57,244 nt of DNA from the NCBI RefSeq assembly GCF_006345805.1, contig NW_021833632.1, positions 1-57,244 of the forward strand. The letters run 5' to 3'. This DNA comes from Octopus sinensis. Taxonomy: Eukaryota. The position numbers and the translations under genes are program-made. The notes beneath the pieces are model-generated. The model had not been told where the DNA came from. It saw only the letters and a program-made list of their open reading frames with translations, and did no database searches. Position 1 is the stretch's first letter. Each line of letters begins with the position of its first letter. Positions 24,675-38,049 of the stretch are shown one piece after another.

Positions 24675-24680
<6 letters not shown>
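24134..24680 (+). mobile_element. 5'-truncated Dong/R4-clade non-LTR retrotransposon (restriction-like endonuclease domain)
   Basis: ORF 24150-24581 with RPDIVV..LIDVSIP..EKLSKY..IIVGALG (RLE motif). (TAA)n on both sides, the known Dong target. Confidence 0.9.
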
Positions 24681-24708
<28 letters not shown>

Positions 24709-24858
24709 TCATTATTATTATTTTAGGAACAAGAATGATTATCAGAAGAATTTCGGCACTTTAAGGATTATTCAAAGTATTTGGATATCTAAGGTTACAA
24801 ATAGTAACCCGCTACCCACATAAATTATTAAGGTAATAAGAACAACTTGTGTCAAATG

Positions 24859-24916
<58 letters not shown>

Positions 24917-26339
24917 TTTGTTGTTATTGAAAAATGTAATGATTTCAAGCATCGACAAGAACTGACATATTTTTGTCTGGGGTGGGCAGGGATGTAAGCA
25001 GAGTCAACCAAATCCAACCCAGAACTTAACTGGTTATTTTACTTCATCTACCCCGGAAAATGTAACGGGCGAAATTAAATTCGGTGACTTTAGAAGGACA
25101 GAGTATTAAATAACAATGGGCCGTCCTAAAGATTTCTTTAATTTCCAACAAAGATTGGTTGTAAAGGTAGAGTTGGGTGGGCAGTGGGGGTGGAATTTAT
25201 GCCGAATCTTATGGAAGACAAGAAAATTAAATAAAATCATGGAGCGAGATGTCCCAATATCGAGACAACAATCCTGGACCAATCAAAGATCCTCAAAAAT
25301 TCAGTGTGAGCAAGGACATGTATACTCTTTCAGCTGTCAACGAAAAGGTGAAGGATGAGAATGAAACTGTTCATGCGGTACATTTTCGTCACTCTCAACT
25401 AAATTTCACCAAATTTGTAAGAAGATATTGCCCCACTTTCCTTTCTCACCTCTTAATAGCATTTTGAGTGCGACCACTTAATTAGGTGGTGGTGGCGGTG
25501 GTGGCGGTAGTGGTAGAATTACGCATGAAATAATGGCTCTACCCTTTACGCTCTAAATCTCTTTCTGTACTTCTCGTTTTCTTTTCTCCATAACCTGTCT
25601 TTTTCTAGTTATTTAAGCATGTTATTGTTTTGATAAAATGTGTCAAGTAATTACGCATATTTTCTCACCCTTTCCTCCTGAAAAATAAGTTTCCTTGGAT
25701 TGTGGAATTTGTACCTAATTGGTAACCATGTTATCCGTGGCTACTAATTCGTAGCTAAGTGGTAGTGAATAAATCGGGCTTCACCCCAGTTGACTAATCC
25801 AGTGAGGAGAGTGGGTATCTGTGGTCTCCCATCGGAATTAAGCCTCCACCTAAAAAAAAAAATAGTAAAAATGCACCATCGGTCAATAAGCGGGTGGTGA
25901 TACGATGGCACGTGGAGAAAGGATTCCAAAACACATAATTAACAAGATTGGGACCTTAAATGTATACAGAAGTCAAGACCTAGGCACTGCAGCTGAAAAT
26001 GATCAAATCAGTGGAATTCAAGAAATTATTTCTCAATGCTGAATATTAATTAAAGATATTAAATAAAAATATAAATAAAAATTAAGCTTTTTGATATATT
26101 TAGTTTTTAGCGTTTTTTTTTGCCATATTTAGCATAAAATTCTGATTTAAAGTTGGCAACACTGGGTATGGAACTTTGAAGGACTGTTGTTCCAAAAATT
26201 CTTCCTAGAATGGAGTGCCAGTCTAAATGCTTTGTTCCATTATGCTATGTTCCTCTGCATTCTGAGTTCAAATCCCATGAAAGTCAGGTTTACCTTTAAT
26301 TCAACAGGTATCAATAATACAAATTACAGTAGAATAGCT

Positions 26340-27300
26340 TTCCAATAACAATACATTTCTCCATTCTTTTTGATTATCTTCATTCTTCTGTTAGAGAAGG
26401 GGATTATCGCATACAGTCTTCTTCCCTTTGTTTTTGTGCAAGTGCATTATAGATGCATCTTTAAACTGCTGAGGAACAGATCCACTTTCCTAGATCGAAC
26501 AGATCCATTTGCACAGCTTACAAGTTGTCTGCTACCATTCCTCTATGGGAATATCGTCTTGTCCAAGAGCTTCACCAGTGGAAAGTGTTTTGATAGTAGT
26601 ACTTATCTCTTCCAGGGAAGGAAGTTCCACTAGTCCTTCAATTATAGATCACTGGGGATTTTGTTGATTACATCAGCACCGATAGTGGATTCTTGATTTG
26701 ATACAGATTTAAAGTGCTCAGTCCATCTTTTCTAAATTTCATCTTCCTTACTTAAGAGGTTTGTTCTATTGTTATTAGAGAGAATAGATTTTCTACTATC
26801 TTTTTTTGTGTGTGTGTGGGGGGGGGGGGGCAAACACATTTTTCAGAATGTTATACAGTATTCTCAAGGTGTGGGAGTCAGAAGCCTGTTCCACTTCTTC
26901 AACTTTTTTTTTGTTCCACTAAATTTTTCACCTCATGCAGTTTTCTGCAAAGTTTTTCTAGAGATGTATAGGAATCTGGATGTTGGCGAGTTTTTGTCTG
27001 AGATCCATGTCTTGTGTCTCTTGTGCAAAGTTTCTCGGAAATGTTTAATTCGAGAATCCTTCTTGTTGATGTTTGTTTCACAAATCCCAGAACTACTTCA
27101 GCAGATGATCTGATGCTGTCACGAATATTGTACCACAACATTTCAGACATGCTCGATTTCTGCAAGCTTTGAATTTAGATGTATTTCAAAATTTTTTTGT
27201 CATTTCTGGGTTTTTTAAAGAATCAACGTTTATTCTAAAAGAATGAGAAAATGTCGTACAGAACTTAGATAGAGACTTACTTCCAAGGGGAACAAATGGT
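26340..27300 (-). mobile_element. Decayed RTE-like LINE fragment
   Basis: Minus-strand NLLSKEDEI*KRWTEHFKSV, typical of the RTE endonuclease-RT linker. Many stops. Confidence 0.6.
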
Positions 27301-27320
27301 GTACGAACGCCGCTATGTAT

Positions 27321-27719
27321 ACTCTTTTACTCTTTTATTTGTTTCAGTCATTTGACTGCGGTCATGCTGGAGCACCGCCTTTTAGTCAAGCACCTCGACC
27401 CCGGGACTTATTCTATCGGTCTCTTTTTGCCGAACCGCTAAGTGACGGGGACGTAAACACACCAGCATCGGTTGTCAAGCAATGCTAGGGGAACAAACAC
27501 AGACACACAAACACACACACATACATATATATATACATATATACGACAGGCTTCTTTCAGTTTCCTTCTACCAAATCCACTCACAAGGCATATCAGAAGA
27601 CACTTGCACTTGCGGGGATATAGCAGAAGACACTTGCCCAAGATGCCACGCAGTGGGACTGAACCCAGAACCATGTGGTTGGTTAGCAAGCTACTTACCA
27701 CACAGCCACTCCTGCGCCT
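27321..27719 (-). mobile_element. Full-length tRNA-derived SINE with internal (TA/TG)n and a LINE-like tail
   Basis: Head AGGCGCAGGAGTGGCTGTGTGGTAAG..GGGTTCAGTCCC; tail GGCGGTGCTCCAGCATGACCGCAGTCAAATGACTGAAAC. Confidence 0.9.
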
Positions 27720-27722
27720 ATG

Positions 27723-27806
<84 letters not shown>

Positions 27807-27817
27807 TATATAATTAT

Positions 27818-29416
27818 AATGAAACTATTAAAAAATCACCAAAGACATACATATACACATCTAACCCGGGGGACCTAAAACTACGACCCATTGTAGCTGG
27901 CCCAGCCTGTGAAACACACAGATTACGTCTATTTATGGACATCCTCCTGAAACCCTTCCTTAAACACATCGATAGTCATGTTAGAGATGACTTGGATATG
28001 TTAAACCACCTTCCAAAAAAGTCAAGGAAGAAACAATCATGGTTTCATTTGATGTAGTTAATTTATATACCAGTATACCTCATAATTATGGACTAGCGGC
28101 AATACAGTTCTGGCTGGACCAATTTCCGGGAGGAATACCAAAAAGGATCAGTAAAGAATTCATTACTAAATCGGTTGAATTCATCCTACAAAATAACCAC
28201 TTCATGTTTGACAATACGTTTTACCGTCAAAAATCCGGAATTGCTATGGGTACAAGGGCAGCGCCAGTCATTGCGAACCTAACAATGAGCTAGCTGAAAA
28301 TAATTATATACCAGGAATCTTTATCGACCTTTGGAAACCCCCTTTCTCAAAACTTAAAAGAGAATTGGAAAAGATTCTTGGACGATTGTTTTATACTCTG
28401 GAATAAAAACACGGATAATCTCCAAAAATTCAAAAACCTATTGAACAGCATCTGTCCGTATGTTTTTATTGTCGTCCGTTACGTTCTTCTTCCGTTTTTT
28501 GGATATATAGCTTCTGCTAGTCTTAATTTTCTGCAGAATTCTGTTATATTGTCCTTGACTTCCTTTTGGTTGGCTCTGCGTGGAGTTGGCGTGAATCTGA
28601 GCCCTTTTGAGAGGATGTCAATTTTTATGTTAGAGAGAGGTTTGGTTGAAAGGTTGATTATGTTCGGTTTTTCCTTATTACTAGGTTCCAGCCTTTGTCC
28701 TGGTGTCTCTGGTCTGGGGCTAAAAAATGTCGGGTGCAATTTTGTTTGTATGAGTTGTCTGTGAGATTGTGTGAGATTGGCTCGGAGAAACGGTGGTATT
28801 GTTGCCTCAGATTGTTGTGTGTGTGGGGGTATCTATGGGTGTTTTCGTTTGTGATGTGTGTAAAATTTCTGTATGTGATATAATTTTGTTTCGAATTGCT
28901 TGTGTCGACTCTGCATCGACAACAGATTGCATTCCCAGAATACAGAATGATACCCTTTAGTGAGCATATTGAGAAATGCGCAAAGCAACTACTACCACAA
29001 TTTTTAATCTTTCCATTCTATCAATGTGCTATTGGAACACCAACACAAATTAGATTAAACAAGGAAACATTCTTAATTGAAAAATATAAGCCTGAACTTA
29101 ACCATCCTAACATTCTTATACAGAGAAACTCATCTCATTAAAAAAAGGGGGAAAAGAAATATAAAGCGATTATCTCCCTTATACCGGAAGAAATCCCTTA
29201 TTACCTCCCCCTGCCTGGAACTTTTCTTTGTACTTCATAACGAAGACATGACACGATGTAGGTAAAGACATTTGAGAAATTTGAAAAGTTTACACGAAAC
29301 CGTAATTTCTCCAAAAACTACGTTACTATATACAAAATGTTATAACATTTTTCTAACATAACGACTTAATTATATTCTTTAACCTTATAAAACAAGCCTT
29401 CTGTAGTTTTTTCACT

Positions 29417-29420
<4 letters not shown>
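27818..29420 (+). mobile_element. Rearranged Penelope-like retroelement (RT, inverted N-terminal piece, endonuclease tail)
   Basis: LRPIVAG, SFDVVNLYTSIP, GIAMGT and RFLDDCF on plus; INLS..ILSKGLRFTPTP on minus (28479-28739); RLNKETFLIEKYKPELN on plus. Bounded by (TA)n. Confidence 0.88.
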
Positions 29421-29476
<56 letters not shown>

Positions 29477-29567
29477 ATCCAAACAAGAAAACACAGAAAA
29501 AAACACAGCGACGCGAGGACGTGGAACATTTAAAGTATTATTTGACGCTCAGGAAAGAAGGGATGGA

Positions 29568-29604
29568 GGGTTTAACGTTTCGAGCGGAGCTCTTCGTCAC
29601 AAAG
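29568..29604 (-). ncRNA. Minimal type I HHR-like motif, degenerate (core C3 to G), in repeat 29472-29660
   Basis: CTTT-GTGACGA-A-GAGC-TCC-GCTC-GAAA-CGT-TA-AA. The host repeat is homologous to 36812-37005. Confidence 0.55.
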
Positions 29605-30394
29605 GAGAAGGAAAGATCCCGAGAAGGGAAGACAGAGGGAAAAAATATTTTTGCTGGTGGTGCTCAAGAGATCACATGTTGAAAGAACAGAAGTTGAAAG
29701 GTAGACGAATCATGATTTTTAAAAACAAGAGTTTCAAAGACAAGGAATGAGTGTGTGTGTGTGTGCAAGGATGACAAGTGCGTTTGTGCGTGCGTGCGTG
29801 TGTGTGTGTATGTATGTATGGTGAATAAGAGGCATGACAAGCCAGCTGTCATAAAGGAGTGGCACTGTTTTGTATCCATCGAGGTCAAAACCAGGTCGAA
29901 AACAAAGGGGTATATGTGTGTGCGTGTAAGTATATGTATCATGTGTGTGTGTTGTTTGTAGTGTGTGTGTGTGTGCATGTGTGTGTATGCGTAGATTTTG
30001 GGTGTGTGGCGAGTAACTGTGCTTAACCTAGTGTATGTGTGCGTGTGTGCTTGTACGTGTGTGTGTGTAGGGATGTATGTGTGGGTTCATTTGTGTGAGT
30101 GTGTATGTATGTACGTGTATGTGTGTGCGTGTATGTGTGCGTTTGTATGTGTTTATGTGTATGTGTGCGTGCGCAGATAGGTGTATATTGTGTATGTTTA
30201 TCTGTCGGTGTGTATGTGAGTTTATATATATATATGTAAATTAGAAAAGAAACACCTTTTATCAATTCAATAATGAAAAATTAAATTATACCATCTAGAA
30301 AATTACATATTATGGAGAGATTAGATATAAGAAAAAACATATAGCTATAATTAAGTAATGTGCAAAATAATAAATAAAACGTAAATATTTGGTA

Positions 30395-30512
30395 GAATAA
30401 CGACACGTGTTTCGTGGCTATATTTAAGAAATGATTATAGTAATCATATTAGTAGTAGTAGTACTAGTAGTAATAAAACCACTTCGATATAAATATAGCC
30501 ACTGATCAGAGT
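30395..30512 (-). ncRNA. Degenerate long-stem-II HHR
   Basis: CTGATCA (G8 mutated); perfect 13-bp stem II GTGGCTATATTTA/TAAATATAGCCAC; GAAA; palindromic CACGTG; TC. Stem I is lost. Stem II resembles that of 2440. Confidence 0.6.
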
Positions 30513-30537
30513 GGGGTTCTAATTTATATATATATAT

Positions 30538-30755
30538 ATTATTTCTATATTGCCCACAAGGGGATAAACATAGAGGGGACAAACAAGAACAGACAAACGG
30601 ATTAAATCGATTACATCGATCCCATTGCATAACTGGTACTTAATTTATCGACCCCGAAAGGATGAAAGGCAAAGTCGACCTCGGCGGAATTTGAACTCAG
30701 AACGTAACGTCAGATGAAATACGGCTACGCATTTCGCCCGTCTCGCTAACGTGTC
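30538..30755 (-). mobile_element. Meta-core tRNA SINE
   Basis: Family core and tail. Confidence 0.85.
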
Positions 30756-30757
30756 TT

Positions 30758-30824
<67 letters not shown>

Positions 30825-30908
30825 TATATTTTGTGAAATTTGATTTAGTATTTCTAAATTGAATTTTTCCCTGTCAGTTTGGAATAATATTCTCTCATAT
30901 TATTATTA

Positions 30909-30939
<31 letters not shown>

Positions 30940-31653
30940 GTATATCGTATCTTTAAGTACATGCATACGTATTTTTATTACTTCCTTTAGTCTTTATAAA
31001 TCTTGATTCACCTGAGGTAATGACACATCATTCCCGCACCTGCAACTTATAACTTATCCCCACTCACGTCATTCATTCCATTCCAGTATAAAACTTTAAT
31101 CTTTTATATTTGGATGTCCCACTTTTCGGTTCATTCCTCCCATCCCTTTTCCTATCAATTCCGACATGCTCCCTTCGTTTGAAAAGCTCATATAGAGCGA
31201 AACTCGCCTCTGAAACAAATTCAGTTCTATGTATTGAACTGTAGTTCACGCGCCCCCCCCCCCCACACATTCTTCTCTGCCCCAAACACGTCACAATTGT
31301 GCTTGTTTGGGAAGTGACATGTCTGAAATACTTCATTCAGATTGAAATATTTATTTCATTTATCTTTCTTACGCATAATCACGCTAAACTCCACCCCAAT
31401 ATTTGCAATATATATATATATATATATATGTAGGTCCCGGGTTGAGTCGGGGTTAACCACAGTAACTAAGGTACTCAATACATAGCAGAGTAAAGTCATT
31501 TATTTTATAGAAGGAGCTTCTACAGGACTAGAACTGAACAATAGCCTGTGCCCTGTTTATCTCCTAAATACCAACTTACCCAAAAAACGTCCCCTACCAC
31601 CACCCCATTAAATCTGCCTAAATGTATAAATACCAGACCTTATTTTGACAGCC

Positions 31654-31704
31654 AGCTTCCTGAAGATTTCATCTGAATGAAACAGTTCTAGTCCTGTAGA
31701 AGAT
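31654..31704 (+). ncRNA. Type I HHR-like motif in a small element (31430-31725) with an inverted partial copy
   Basis: AGCTTC-CTGAAGA-TTTCATCTGAAT-GAAA-CAG(TTCTAGTC)CTG-TA-GAAG. 31498-31536 is the reverse complement of 31683-31721. Confidence 0.6.
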
Positions 31705-31719
31705 CCTTCTATAAAATAA

Positions 31720-31762
<43 letters not shown>

Positions 31763-31969
31763 ATATATATGTATTATATGTGTGTGTGTGTTTTGTAATA
31801 TGTTCATATATAAATAAAATAATAGCTTTAAACTTCTTAATAGTATTAAAGCATGGTATAGTTGTGTGGTTAAGGAGCTTGCTTACAGGCCATGTAGTTT
31901 TCGGTTCATTCCCACATTGTGGTACCTTGGGTGTGTTCTATAACCTTGGGTCGTCAATTTAGTAGACAG

Positions 31970-32510
<541 letters not shown>

Positions 32511-33339
32511 GCCGTATTTGTTTCACCACACAACTTGAAACTGGTGTAGGTTAGTTTACATTTACGTCCTCATAACATTTTGGTTCGGCAAAAAGAGTTG
32601 GATAGAGTACGTGCTAGGTTAAAAAAATGTTGTTGGAGCGATTTGGTCGGTTAAACCCTTAAAGGTGGCCCCCGCAGTCCAATGAATAAAACGATTAATC
32701 GATATAGGATCATGTTGACTCCTCAATTTTTATTTGAAAATCATGTCTTGACATGAAAAGAATTTGTCTCACCATATTGTGTCCCTGATATTAAGGTGTG
32801 CATAACGGGTGTGCGACATTTTGGCACAGCCGTTTTGGCTCCGACTATTTGCTGCCGCTAATTCGCCTCTGACTTATTTGATATCAGACGTTTTAATCTT
32901 TCTCTCCTCTCAACTCCTCTCTCACTGATTATGTGTGTGAGCACCTAGTTATATTTGTATGTGGAACACCGCCTCTCTCTCTCTTCCCCATCTCTCTCTC
33001 TCCCTCTCCCTCTATCACTTTCTGTATGTTCCTGTGTTAGCCTCTAGTACCGAAAAATACTGTTATCAAAACGCCAAAACGTCAGCATCCGAGGAGCCAT
33101 ACCAAATCGTCAGGGTCCAAAGATCACGCTCAGTCGTATTATTGCAATGCCTACCATCCTCTCTCTACTCTCAATCCAATATAGCTGTGATCAGCATTCA
33201 CAACAACACTCTGAAACAAAATTATTAAAATTTACTTAATTTAGATTTATTTAAACGATGTAATTTTGACAACATAAGGGACAATTTATACTTGCAACGA
33301 CCATTAAAAATGAGTGATCAAATCGAATTGAAAATAGAT

Positions 33340-33660
33340 CATAGGTGAGGTGTGGTAAGAAGCCTTTGGTATGTATCTTCTACTATAGTCTTGTGCCGAT
33401 CAAAGCCTTGAGTGAATGTGGTAAACGGAAACTGAAAGAAGCCCGCCGTATATTTGTGTGCGTGTGTGTACGTGTGTGTGTCTTTGTATCTGTGTTAGTC
33501 CTTCATTACTCTTTGACATCTGATATTGGATTGTTTATGTCCCCATAACTTACCGGTTCTCCAAAAGAGGCTGATTGAATAAGTACCAAAGGACAAGTTC
33601 TAAAAATCCTTCAAGGCACTGCCTCAGAATGCCTGCATTCTACTGACTGAAACAATAAAA
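33340..33660 (+). mobile_element. Diverged tRNA SINE
   Basis: GGTAAACGGAAACTGAAAGAAGCCCG core and a decayed tail. Confidence 0.7.
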
Positions 33661-34049
33661 TGATATGGAGATAATTTGTTTTGTGGATTCTAAAATTCGT
33701 TGATATTCCTACTCCATGACAGACGTAAGTCGTGAAATATCGGCAGACATGGCTCTGTGATTAAAAGGTTCGATTTACGACCAGTTGGGTTCCAAACCAG
33801 TCCGACTGCAAGATGTGTTTTCTACTGTACTCTTGGGGCAACTGATTCCATGTGAGTGAATTTGGTGAAGAAAAGCTGTGTAGAAGCGCACCATGCTAGT
33901 AGCATGTATATATATAATATATATAAATTAAATTAGATATAAAACCACTACTAGGCAACTCAAACAGTGATATACATAAACCAAAACATAAAAAATAAAA
34001 AAATAAATATAATATAATATATAATATATATATAAAATATAAAATATTT

Positions 34050-35105
34050 TCCAGCATTAAACTGCATGTTGTTTATTTCGGCCCACTTGTATATTGAGTT
34101 TAGGTCCTGCTTGTAAGCTTGTGATAATTTTGTATCATCGGTATAGCTAGTGACAGTGGCTGTCCGAGTGACTGTGAGCATATCTAAGAGGGTTATTATG
34201 AACAGTAATGGCCCTAGAATAGTTCCCTGGGGGACACCACTTAGGATTTGAGTTACCTCAGAAAGGGCACCATTGGCTGCAACTACCTGACTTCTGTCTT
34301 TAAGGAAGTCATACAGCCACTCTTCCAGTTTACCAGCAATGCCAAGGTCTCGTAGCTTATGACTTATCATTCCATGATCTACCTTATCAAACGCCTTTGC
34401 AAAGTCAAGTTATATCACACCGACATCTGAATGGTCAAATAGCTGTTTCAAAACCCAGTCATAGTGCTGTAGGGGCTGTGTGAGGCAGCTTCTTCCTGGA
34501 CGGAAGCCATGCTGAGTATTGTTCAGTAGGTCATTTTCTTCTCGGAACATTATCAACTTCTTTCTAAGGATTCGCTGTATGACTTTACTGATATGCGAAG
34601 TCAGAGACATTGGCTTGTAGTTTGGGGCGTCAGCACTGCTTTCACCTTTGTGGATAGGGTATATAATACCTTCTTTCGGTTTTTTAAGGAGTATACCACT
34701 TGCAAGGAATCTTTGGAAAAGTATCTGGATTGGTTTCGCTCAAGCCTGCTTACATGTCTTTAGGAGAATAGCTGGGAAGCCATCAGGACCAGTAACGGAG
34801 CATGAGCATATTTCATCTATGGCCACTGTTACATCTTTTTCTTCAATGCTGATGTAATCGATGGCTGGCGCCTCCTTTTTTAAAGTTGCGATATCAAAGA
34901 ATTCAGTTGGAGTTTTTATCTGCATGTGCCCAAGAGGGGAAGTGAAGACTCTTTTAAATTTCCCATTGAGTATCTCACTTATCCTTCCAGGATCTGACGT
35001 CAGTGACTCATTCCCTTGGAACAATGGTCCTATTTTATATTGTATTGTGGCTGTTTTATTTGCGAATTTGTTGAACGTTTTGAGATTTGTTTTTATGCTT
35101 TCCAC
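34050..35105 (-). mobile_element. CR1-type LINE RT fragment, same family as 48766-51725
   Basis: SLTSHISKV, QHGFRPGRSC, DFAKAFDK, SGVPQGTILGP and YTDDTK; frameshifted. Confidence 0.9.
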
Positions 35106-35111
35106 ATCCCT

Positions 35112-35209
<98 letters not shown>

Positions 35210-35467
35210 TCTTTCCCTTTCGTGAGAGAGTTTGATCTTGCTTTCAAAGGGGTGTGTTAAACATACATTTCACTGGTACGTTAGTTGGATATCATATAAA
35301 TATTGGTATAATTCAATTATATAGATAAATTAAATATAGAGATATACTATTGACAATCAAATAATTTATTTATATTACAATATTACATTAAATACTATGA
35401 ATATAGTATAACATAATACAATAACACATAATATTATATAGCATAAATAATTATAAAAACCATAAAA

Positions 35468-35551
35468 GACCAACAAATTGTTTCGACTTGTATATATTTT
35501 TTCTCATATATATAATCACAGTTCCATTATATATAAAGTCACTTCAGGGTC
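35468..35551 (-). ncRNA. Type I HHR-like motif with long stem II (core A9 to U)
   Basis: GACC-CTGAAGT-GACTT..AAGTC-GAAA-CAATTTG-TT-GGTC. Confidence 0.65.
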
Positions 35552-35824
35552 ATGGTTTAGAAAAAGACGAAATTCCGTGTTAAAGGACGGTTGGATTGTA
35601 AAAATTAATTCAAATGTCTATGTAATATGAGCGTGAGCGTTAACTATTCAATCGTATATCGATTACAATTTAAAAAACCCCAGCAAAAACACTTTATCAG
35701 ACGATACAATCAAGTAAATGCAACCCACAACCATCGAAAGTCACTTCATTTTATCTCACGCACATACCAATTGAAAGCGATAAGATATGTGTGTATTTAA
35801 ATGTATATAATTAAGTATCTAAGT

Positions 35825-36552
35825 CTTCTCCTACATGTAAAGAGAGGTATTGCTCAGTGCCTAAAACATCGGACAAAGATTATAAGTAGCGATCGTAACA
35901 CCCACCACGAAGAAATGATCAAACTCAGTAACAATCTATTAAGCAACAACTACCCCCAAAACATACTATTCACTCCAGTTATGAAGAGAAGAGAGTATGA
36001 ACCCATAAACTGACCACAGTCTGTCTACCCTATGTAAAAGGCCTCTCCGAAAAGATACAAAGGATATGCGACCCATATAAGATCAGGACAGTATTCAAGA
36101 GTAATACAACACTTCGCAAATATCTCCTTCGAGTAAAACCACCAATAGGAGAGAATATGACCAAAAACTACGTGTACTCCATCCCATGCAGCTGTGGTAG
36201 GTTATACAAAGGCGAAACATGCTGTCCCCTCAAAATAAGAGTAGAAGAACATTGCAAACCTGTGACACGAGCAGATATTGATAAATCGGGTATGGCTGAT
36301 CATGTATGGAAAAATGGAGACCACCTCCCCTATGGGATGAAGTTAAAATAATAGAGAGAGAACACCACTAGGAAATACGCAAACTAAAAGAAGCAGCACA
36401 TATGCTAGGGCACAACAACCTCCTAAGCAGACCAAGTACAGATATGAGTAGCATATGGGAACCGGTATTAAGGAAGGATGGGAAAATATTAGATTTATAA
36501 GCCCTAAAATTCACTCCATAATTGCCCACATGCATATGGCGTAGTGACCTGC

Positions 36553-36613
<61 letters not shown>

Positions 36614-36805
36614 TATAATAATAACATCGAAAAATACCTTAGGGATGAGAACCCAGGTTTGAAATTTCCCCCAAGACACCTGTTGAAGGCTGGAGAGTAT
36701 ATCAGCCGAAACGTTGTTTTAACAACAAACAAGATGAGGACAAATATCCGCCAAATATCCGCCAATGTACATAATTCCTCATCTCTTAAATATAGAACTG
36801 GAATA
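35825..36805 (+). mobile_element. Penelope-like element 3' part (thumb and GIY-YIG domains) with terminal repeat
   Basis: LPYVKGLSEKIQRI, VYSIPCSCGRLYKGET..KIRVEEH..SGMADHVW and RKLKEA. Confidence 0.9.
36674..36720 (+). ncRNA. Minimal type I HHR-like motif in PLE terminal repeat (core CUGUUGA)
   Basis: GACAC-CTGTTGA-A-GGCTG(10 nt)CAGCC-GAAA-CG-TT-GTTTT. Confidence 0.6.
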
Positions 36806-36916
36806 TATATATATCCCGCTAAAAAAAACGAAGAACAAACACAAGGAAAAAACAACAACACGAAGACGTGGTACATGCAAAGTATTAGCAGATGCTGAAG
36901 TAAGGAAAGAAGGGTT

Positions 36917-36951
36917 GTCTTACGTTTCGAGCAAAGGTCTTCGTCAGAAAC
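36917..36951 (-). ncRNA. Minimal type I HHR
   Basis: GTTT-CTGACGA-A-GACC-TTT-GCTC-GAAA-CG-TA-AGAC, with one stem II mismatch. Confidence 0.65.
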
Positions 36952-37856
36952 AGGAGGCGGAAGAAAGTCCAAGAGAAAAGGAAGACGGAGGAAAAAAATC
37001 ACCAACGATCCACATGTGGTTACATTTTGAAACCCGACTGATTTTTGAGTACTTAATTCGCAAAATTCTTTCTACCATCGGATTACATTCCCGCCAACGA
37101 TATATTGTAAGCAAAGTCATAAAATCTCAAGACGTGATAGAGTGGTTACGTATACTAAACAGTAAAGCCATTCGTCACACCAAAGTGGCTGTTGAATGTT
37201 ACTGCTAGTTTAACTCCAGGCTGATTCTCCGCCGGCTGTTTATCGGTGCAACGCCCTGCGCCCATTATTTACAATAGATCGTTAGCAAGGGGAGCGAACC
37301 CCAGCTCACCTCCAGCAGTTAACAGGATCGCGAGACTGACTCAGTAACGTGCTCTCGCGGCAGAGCGTTGCTTCCATAACCAGCTGCAGTAGGATCTGCC
37401 TGGGATTAAGCTAGTAGTAACATTCAACTGCGTTTTGTCGAACAAATCAACCACGGGACTTATTTTTTTGTAAGCCAAGTACTTACTTGACAACCTTACA
37501 CATACACAGCAGTACATGGAACGCACATCATTCCACATAATGTACGCACTAAGTTGCGTATACATATACACACGCACAGGTTCACTTAATTTTCAGCTCG
37601 CCCACACATACATATTCACGCACTTCCCGCCAATAACTCATATACACTCACACACTATTCTCACATACACTCACGTACCTGCGCACCTCCGTTCGACCTA
37701 CCTACCTTCGTTCGTCCTCTTTCTTCCGGCCCATTTCATCATGTTGAACCGTTATTCAATACATACTATTTCTCTCTCGGTTTTTTTTTTATCTCATTGT
37801 CTCTCTGTTTTCTTCTTTTTTATTATCTCTCCCTTTTTTTTTTTTTGCTCTTAGTC

Positions 37857-37891
37857 CTTCCTGTCGAAGAGTGTAGGCTCTGAAATCAAAC
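37857..37891 (+). ncRNA. Decayed HHR-like motif (core CUGUCGA), same family as 44026
   Basis: CTGTCGA-A-GAGT-GTAG-GCTC-T-GAAA-TC. Downstream sequence matches the 43934 family terminus. Confidence 0.4.
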
Positions 37892-38049
37892 ACTTTTCCA
37901 TTCTTCCCGAGCGTTAAACTAATACAGGTGCTTGTTATTTCACCTGTCTTCCTCTTTTGCTTTTATCCTAGGGAACAGAGCTGATAAAATCCAAGCTATA
38001 TGTTTCATAGCTAGCAGAACTTCGGAAGTAGTAATTTTCTAAACGAGGT

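Noticed and set aside
25720-26050. Possible RTE 5' end (KIGTLNV) with an HDV-like ribozyme
   Set aside because: A full double pseudoknot could not be built by eye; the sequence is too decayed.
29245-29310. Possible HHR relic after the PLE endonuclease tail (GGTAAA..TTTACAC-GAAA-CCG-TA)
   Set aside because: No CUGANGA core and no stem I.
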